Origin: an uncultured Gammaproteobacteria bacterium | GTDB taxonomy: Bacteria > Patescibacteriota > Patescibacteriia > SBBC01 > CAIJZX01 | NCBI GenBank assembly: GCA_964397195.1 | Contig: CAYNGY010000002.1 | Coordinates: forward strand, 180,012 to 244,011 | Reading direction: 5' to 3' | DNA: 64,000 nucleotides | Shown: piece after piece, positions 1 through 9,000 of the stretch | How the letters are laid out: each line of letters opens with the position of its first letter | How positions within the stretch are numbered: the stretch's first letter is position 1 | Program-made: the position numbers and the translations under genes | The notes under the pieces: generated by a model | What the model was told of the DNA's origin: nothing | Database searches by the model: none | Seen by the model: only the letters and a program-made list of their open reading frames with translations

Positions 1-1
1 A

Positions 2-3000
2 TCAGCAGCGAGAATTATCAATTCCGGCGGTGGTACGCTCACGTTTTCCGGCGCCCCATCCGGCGCATTCAACTTCGTGGTTGGTGGCAGTGGGAACACG
101 ACGTTTTCAACCGCCTTTCCAAATGCTGCGGCGACGATTACGAAATGGGGTGCTGGAACTATGACCATCACCGGAACCAACCTCAACACCGGATTAGTTC
201 AAGTGAACGCCGGCACGCTCAAGTACGCCGCCACCACGACACTCGCGGCGCCAAACCTGATCGTAAATGGTGGAACATTTGATTTCAATGGGAATACTGA
301 CACGATTGGGACAGTCACGATGCGGAGTGGGACGATTACCGACTCGAATGGCACGCCGGGCGCTTTGACCGGCGCGACGGCGTATGAGCTCTATTCGGGG
401 ACGATAAGTGGAGTGCTGACTGGTGGTGGTGTTCCGCTGAACAAACGTACGGGCGGGACAGTCACGGTCACAAAATCACAGTCCTATACAAACTTAACGA
501 CTGTCCTAGCGGGAACGTTGCAATATGGTGCAAGCAACATCATTGCTGATGCGGCTGCGATCACGGTAAATGGAGGGACGCTCGATGTTCAGTCATATGC
601 TGACACGCTCGCGACGGTGACGTTAACGAACGGGTATATTATCGGCGGCGGAACATTAACCGGATCTGCGTATAACGTGATGAGTGGTAGTATCAGCGCG
701 ATCCTAGCCGGTGCGGTTAATCTGACGAAGACAACAGGCGGGACCGTTACCCTGTCTGGGACAAACACCTTCTCTGGGATTACAACCATTAGCGGTGGCA
801 CACTCAGCGTCGGGTCAATCGGAAACGGCTTATCGGCTGGAAACTTAGGCGCGGCCTCAAATGCTGCCGCGAACATCGTCTTCAATACGGGGACGGGAAC
901 GTTAGCCTACACCGGTGGTAGCGCTTCAACCGACCGCAACATCACCACCACGACAGGGATCACGATGCAAATCGACGTGACGAACCCGGCGGCGGTCTTG
1001 ACGTGGTCCGGGGCAACGACGGCGACGACTGCACCGTACACGAAAATCGGTCCCGGTACGCTTATTCTCTCCGGATCCAATCTTCACACTGGATTAAACA
1101 CCGTGCTGGCTGGGACACTGAAACTCGGCGCTGCAAACGTACTAGTGACCGGGGGGTTAACAGTTACGAACGGAACGTTTGATCTGAATAATTTTTCTGA
1201 TAGCTTAGGGGCGATTACGATTTCTAAGGATGGTCAAATTATTGATTCTGTCGGAACAACGGCAATTCTGACCACGTCGGCGGCCGGGGTGTACCAAAGC
1301 GGCACGATCAGCGCTAGAATCACCGGTTCTTCGGCCTCGGCTTTTACCAAGTCGACTTCCGATCGCGTCATTCTTTCCGGCAATAATACGCACACCAGCA
1401 CGGCAGTGACGTTGAGCGCCGGCGCGTTAAACCTACAACACAGTAATGCGCTCGGTATCTCGACGACGGCACTGCTCGTCACGGAGACTTCCGGAGCGGT
1501 TGTTGAAGTCCAGAACACGGTCACGATTCCGAGCAACAAAACATTTAATATCAGCGGGACGGGTGTTAACCTGGGTGGGGCAATCGAGAATGTGGCTGAT
1601 TCGAATACGTTGCAGGGGACAATTACTCTTGGTGCATCGAATACCCGAATTAATTCAAATCTTGGCACGCTGACCATCAGCGGTAATATCGCCGGCAATG
1701 CTCTTAATGTCGTCTATGGTGGAGCGGGAAATATTGCCCAGAATGGCACCATTGGCACGACCTCTGGGACACTGACGAAAGATGGAACGGGGATACTATA
1801 CCTACCGAACGCAAACACATATACGGGTCTGACGACAATAAATGCTGGTATTATTGATATTCAAAACGCGACATCACTCGGTACAACCGCAAACGGGACC
1901 GTGGTCAACAGTGGGGCCACGTTACGATCGTCTGTTTTCGTGACTGTCGGCGTCGAAGCCTTGACCTTAAACGGTACGGGGGTGAGTAATGTTGGTGCGC
2001 TGCAAAGCTACGTTGAAGCCGTGACCTGGCAGGGTGCCGTTACATTAGCAAGTAATGCTTCGATCGGTGTCAACGATTCGCCGGCTTCCATTACTGGAAC
2101 TATTATCGGTTCTGGGTCGAACGGATTAACGAAAGTGGGATCGGGTTCACTGACGGTTTCGACGACGACGCTCGGCGGGGACCTGACCATCTCAGCCGGG
2201 ACGCTCGTCGCTTCGGGCTCGAGCGTTATCAGTGTTGGCGGGAGTTGGTCAAATAGTGGGACCTTTACGGCCAATAGCTCGACTGTTAGTCTGACTTCAA
2301 CCACCTCGGCTACGATTACCGGCAACACCACGTTCAACAATTTCTCCGTGACCGGTATTGGCGCGGCGAAAACGATCAGCTTCGTCCACGGTTCAACGAC
2401 GACAGTGAGCGGGACCTGGACGGTCAATGGCGGTGCGGTTGGGACACGGATTGTCCTGACGCGTGACAACACGTCGAACTGGAATGTGAACCCCGCGACG
2501 GCCGCTCTTGATTATGTCGATATTTCGTACGTGACAAACCAAGGATCGTACTTCTGTGCGACGCATTCAGTTACGGCGAACGGCGGTAACGCAAACATTG
2601 GTGTGACCAGTGGGACGGCTTGTGGGGTGACCGTCTCCGGCTTCATTTATACGAACGACGCGTCGAGCGCATTAAATTGTACGGTCGGTGGAACACGCAC
2701 TGTGGCGGTGAAAGTGAATGGATCCGGATCGTTTACTGGGGCCTGTTCAAGTAGCTCAGGAGATTTCACAGTGAGTGCGGTGCCAATCACGGCGGCTGGC
2801 GATGTGTTGACCGTGTTCATATCGGGCGCGACCGAGAAAGCGGCGACTGTCACTATCGCGGCCGACAATACGTCAGATATCACAAATATCCCGCTCCGAG
2901 TTAGTCGGTTGGTGGTGACGCATGAGAGTGCCGGGCCAATCACGAACCATGCCACGACCGGGATTGGGCGGTACGACAAAGACGATGATGCGACGAACCT

Positions 3001-6000
3001 GTTCTTTACGGCCAACTCGAATAACCTCGTCGTCGACGCCGGCTATAAGCTCATGGTCAATTCCGGGAAAACCTATACGCCGGGTGGGAATGTGACGACC
3101 GGACCTTCTACCAACGCGGCCACGGTGGACGGTGATGTGAATATTCCGGCTACGTCGACATTGAACCTCGGCACCAATACATTGTCTGTCGGTGGGCATC
3201 TGGTGAACGCCGGGACATTAAATAGTTCGGCTGGGTCGGCGATTGTTTTCACCAGTACCGCATCGGGAACGATGACGATTACCGGCGGCGGTGCGACGAT
3301 TTATGATCTAACACTGAACAATGCGAGCGGGCACTGGACAAACTCGGGGAATATCACGATCAACGGCAATTTCAATTTAACGGCCGGTGAATTTATTCAG
3401 GCGAATAGCACGACGATAACTGTCAACGGAACTGGTTTTACCTTAGCGAGTGGTTCAACATGGACGAAGGCGACATCGGGCGGCAATCTGATCCTTGAAA
3501 ACGGATCGAACCTCTCGTTTACGGATAATACGTCGCCGAAACAAAATCTCGGAGCGGTTCAAATCGGCGCCAGCCCCGGAACGACAACGTTGACGACAGA
3601 TATGAGTGCGACCTCGGTCACCATTCCGAACGGCGATACCTTTAACACAAAGGGGTATGACGTGACGACGACGGACTTCTTCGATTGCCAAGGTACTTGT
3701 ATCTTGAACTTAACCGATACCGGCCCGAGTAATGAAGGCGACGGGACGGTGCTTGATGTCGGCGGGGATTTCTCGATGTCGGATACCGCGACGTTTACGG
3801 CGGCGACGAGTATCTTGTTCATGAATAGCACGGCCGCCGCAAATTCGAATCGAACATGGATTACCGGCGGGAAGACGTACAACCATGTCGAATTAAAGAA
3901 TGCTGGGACATCTTTAAGCACCATCGAACCGTCTGGTGATGTTGATGTCAATGGCGATTTTACCATAACGGATGGGTACGTTGATTTCGGTGCGAACCCG
4001 CCAGTAACGGTGACGACGGCCGGGAATGTGACTATTGTGGTCGGGGCAACGGTCGTTGCACCGGACTCGTGGACCTTCGATGGCTCGGGGACAAAAACGT
4101 GGACAGATGGGACATCGGGTGGCGGTCAAAACCTCGGTGCGGTCGCCATTAATGGGAGTAGTAAAACCGTTAACCTTGGATCAGACGCGAAAGCGACAAC
4201 CGTAACCATTGCGGGGAGTCAAACACTGGGACTCGCCTCATCGGGGTATACGTTAACCATCACCGGATCTGGGACGGCTGGCTCGCGCCCATTCCAGAAT
4301 AATGGCACGCTCAACGAGGGGACGGACTCGACAGTCAAATATACCGGTACGGCGACGACGGATCTGTTCGACGAGACCTACTACCATTTGACGCTCGCCC
4401 CGGCTTCCGGGTCGCCGACGTTTAACATGGGGCCGGACGGCGTTTCGGGTTTCACGGTGACGGGGACATTGACCGTTGGCGACGCGACGCATGCGGTCAC
4501 CCTTGATACGAACTTTGACGATCAGCAGTACCTCAACGACGTCGTTATAGCTAATGCCGCAACATGGAATACGAATGCCGTTAATGGTCAGAGCATGTCG
4601 GGCAGTCTCGTCATGAACGGCACATTAACGATTAATGACGTTCTTGGGTTTACCGCGGCCACCCTCGGGCACACGATTTCTGGTAGTACCCTCAACTCGA
4701 CCGGGGCGTTGACGGCGGTTGTGTTTGATGGTGTCGGCGGAGGCTGGACCATTCAAAACGATACGGCATTTAGTAGTTTTAACATTATTGGCGGTTCGGT
4801 CATTCAAGGGCCAAATGTGAATATCACGGTTGATGGAGCCTGGGCGATGGCTTCAGGTACGACGTTTACCAAAGCTTCGGGGTCCGGGACGGTGACCTTT
4901 ATTGGGACGAGCGCGACCACCTTTACCGACAGCACGGCCAGTAAGCAAAATATTGGCGATGTGTTTATCACAAAAACGCATGGTACGCCGAGTAATAATA
5001 AAGTCACCTTAGCCTCTTCAATGCTCGCGGATACGGTCACCGTCAGCGCGAGTAATACACTTGATCTGGCGTCTGGCGGGTATACGCTGACGGTGGCAAA
5101 CGTCGGATCCTCGGCTGATCCTTTAACGGTGACCGGCACGTTGACGGCTTCCGGCAGTTCAACTGTGGCGTTAACCGCGACGAATAGCGGGGGAAGCGTG
5201 AACATTCCTACCACGACGTACTATGCCTTAGGTCTCGGGACGACCGCCGATTCGACGGCCGAAACCTACGTCTTGTCTGGGAATACGACGGTCAGCACTG
5301 TCTTGACGGTTGGGAATGCGTCCTCAGGAGCCGCCGATGCGTTTGATGCTTCGTCGCGGACGCTGACATTGCCAGGCGGCGGTACGCCTTTTGTGCTGAC
5401 TAGCCAAGGGACCTTTACAGCTTCGTCATCAACCGTGAATTATACCGGCGGACCATCGACTGTCACGGTCGTCGGCGCGACATATAATAATCTTGGGGTT
5501 GGGACGACGGTTGATATTACGACGGGCGTTATATATCAACTCGCCGCGAACACGACGGTGAGTGGAGTTCTGACCGTCGGAAATACTGGATCCACGAACA
5601 TCGATACCCTCGACGGCTCGTCAAGAACCTTAACGCTTTCCGGGTCCGGGACGCCGTTTGTCTTGACCTCAAAAGGGGCCTTCGCGCTCGGTACCTCGAC
5701 TGTCCTGTATAGTGGGACGTCGGCTACCACTATTGCGGCCACGCAATATTATAGTCTGACGACTGGGGTGAATGATGGGAATACGGTCACCTATACTCTC
5801 GATACTACTGCTGTTTCAAATACCTGTGCGACCGGGTCGACTGGGACGTATACTCAGGCATGTGGCGGGACATTGGCGATTACGACGGGTGATACGCTGA
5901 CGATCACCGGTGTCAACTTGTCCCTTTCGGCGGGCGGTACCCTTGTGTTGGATGGGACGATGGACGGAACTGGTACCTTCACCTATTTCTCAACGACGGA

Positions 6001-9000
6001 GTTCCCAAGCTCGGGCACGGTTTCGGTGGCGACTATCTACATGAACCTTTATTATAATGACGTAACGTTGAGTCCGCGGACATATGGCGGAGACGTCCTG
6101 GCCATTTCGTTTACTGGTTCAAATCGGACGCTCTATTTTGGGGCGGTATCTGAGGCCGGATCGCTCACGATTGGGGGTAGCAAGCGTTTGTTACTATACG
6201 CACAAAGTACCGGAAATATCACGCTTGATAACACTCGGAATAATTGGAACGTCACGATAGGAACCGATCTTCAAACACCGGGGAGCGGGGGCGGAACGGA
6301 AACTATTCTGGCTGGTTCCGGCACGTGGACTGCGAGCGGAAACGTGACGTTTACCAACGGGATATTTACCGCTGGTTCGAGTACGTTGACGATGAACGGT
6401 ACATCAAAAACGTTGACCTCGGCCGGAAACGCGCTCAATAATTTCAATCAGACCGGTGGGACGGTGACGATGTCTGGTGCGACTACCGTCAATAACAACT
6501 TTACCATTACCAGCGGGACGTTGACGGCGCCGAGCGCGGCAAACCTGAGTGTTGGCGGCGACTTCAATAATGCGGGAACCTTCACCCATAACTCGGGGAC
6601 GGTCATCATGACCGGGACGAGCAAAAATATTACCGGCGGCTCGGCCACAACCTTCAACAACCTGCAGATTTCCGGGACGACTGGCATTGATGCGGCTGGG
6701 AGTGATGCGACCGTGGCTGGGACGTTGACGGTCGATTCGTCAAAAATTTTGACAATTAATACCGGCCGAGTGGTCACTCACACAGGTACGACCGACGTGG
6801 CAAATTCTGGAACGATACAGGGTGCCGGGACATTACGCTTTACGAGCTCTTCGACCGGTGGGCCTGGAACCGGCGGGGCTATCAACTCGATTGTTCGATT
6901 TGATGCGAGCGGCGCTAGTATCCCGACGGCGGTCGTCGATGCGCGGACATATGGTGGTGACCTCGAATACTATTCGAATGTGGCCGCGGTGCGTACGATC
7001 ACCCCGGCAAGTACGACTCACACGGTGAGCGGGAATTTGAAGATCATAACCGGTGCCAGTCAGACGTCCTCGTTTACCGTCGCGGCAAATACAAACAATC
7101 CGACGTTCACGATTGCTGGCAACCTGAGTTATACGAAGGGCGCTTCGGCCACGCCGGCTGTGACCAGTGGGTCCGGGACGTGGACGGTAAGCGGCGACGC
7201 GACCTTTACCAATGGCACATATACGCCATCAACGAACAATACGTTCGTGATGGATGGATCAGGGAAGACTGTAGCCAGTACGGTCAGTTTTTATAAATTT
7301 ACGAGCAACGGCACAATTACATCTACCGGGAATGTTAGTGTGGCAAATATTCTGACGCTTCAATCCGGTAAGAGTCTGACTGTTTCGGGGACCTTGAACT
7401 GCTCCAATGCGAGCACGATCGTTATGACCGGGGCGACGCTTGATGGCGCCGGTACCCTTATATACCAAAAAGGCGGGACGGGGTTCCCGACCGATGGGAC
7501 GTTAAATATCGCGACGACGATGTTTGCGCCGACAACGGGGGCCGTAACCATCCCAAGTCGAACGTATGGTGGTAGCGTAGTATGTGAAGATGGATTGTCT
7601 GCCACCACTTGCACATTGACGGGGACGCCGATTATTACCGGCAATCTTTCGTTGTACGATGTCAGCTTGGGGGCGTCGTTTGATGGTACGCCGACATCAG
7701 TTACGATCGGCGGGAATTTCTCAGGGATCAATAATGGTGGCGGGAATGGATTGACCATGGCTGGGACGTGGACGGTCAGTGGCGACTTCGACATGTCGAG
7801 CCTGTCGAGTTTTAGCGCCGGGACGAGCTCGTTGGTCATGAATGGTGCCACCAAAACGCTGACCACGAACGGGAATAGTTTGTATGATTTTAGTGTCTCG
7901 GGTGGGAGTGTTTCCGTGGCTGGCACAAATGCGACGGTGTCTCATGATTTGACGGTGAGTAGCGGGGTGCTGACCGCTCCGACGGGAACGCTTTCCGTCG
8001 GTCGTAATTTTGCCCATTCGGGCGGAACATTTACACACAATAACGGGACTGTCGCTTTAACGACGAGTACGGCGGCGGCGGTATCGGGGAGTACTACATT
8101 TAAGAATCTCTCGGTGACCGGGATTGGGGCGGCTAAAACTATCACCTTCACGGCCAGCTCGACCCAAACGGTGACGGGGACGTGGACGGTGACCGGCGCA
8201 TCAGGGCAGATTGTGACCTTGCAATCGAGCTCGTCACCCACCAAGTGGAATATTAACCCGACGGCGGCGAGCGTCAGTTACGCGGCTGTGACCGACTCCG
8301 ATAACCAAGGCGTTTCGTTCTGCGCCACGTTCTCAACGGGAAGTAGTAATACCGGTTGGTCAATCGGTGCTGGGGCGAGCTGTGGTATTACGGTGTCGGG
8401 GACAGTCTATCAGTCGTCGAATGAAGGGTCAGGATATGGATGTAACAGCGACAACCTGACCATGTATGTTGCGGTTAATGGTGATGTCACTCCGGATTCT
8501 GGATTATGCAATTCCGCAGGCGGGACATTCACCATCACCGGTGTGACCGACCCGGGCGCGGCGAATATTCCCATTGCGGTCTACATCGATACTGGGGAAT
8601 CGGTGAAGGGGACGACCGTCACGCTGTCGAGCGCCAGCGGAGCCGACATTTCAGGGCTTTCGTTGATGCTCGATCGACTGGTCGTGAGTCAACAGAGCGG
8701 GACGGCCACGACGAATTCTCACTTAAACACGGCCGATAACGGAAATGCCGGTATTCGATATGCCGTGTCCGGCGGTGCGTTAACCGTTGACGCGGGGATG
8801 GAGCTCCATGTCCTGAGCGGAAAAACATTCACACCGGGCGGCGCAGTAACCACAACGGCGACTGGAACAGCGGCGGGAGCGGCCGGCGATGTGCATATCG
8901 CCGGGACGTTAACGATGGGTACGAACGCGCTCAATGTCGGTGGCGACTATACAAATGCCGGTACATTTAATAAAACGAACACACAGACGACAACCTTTGC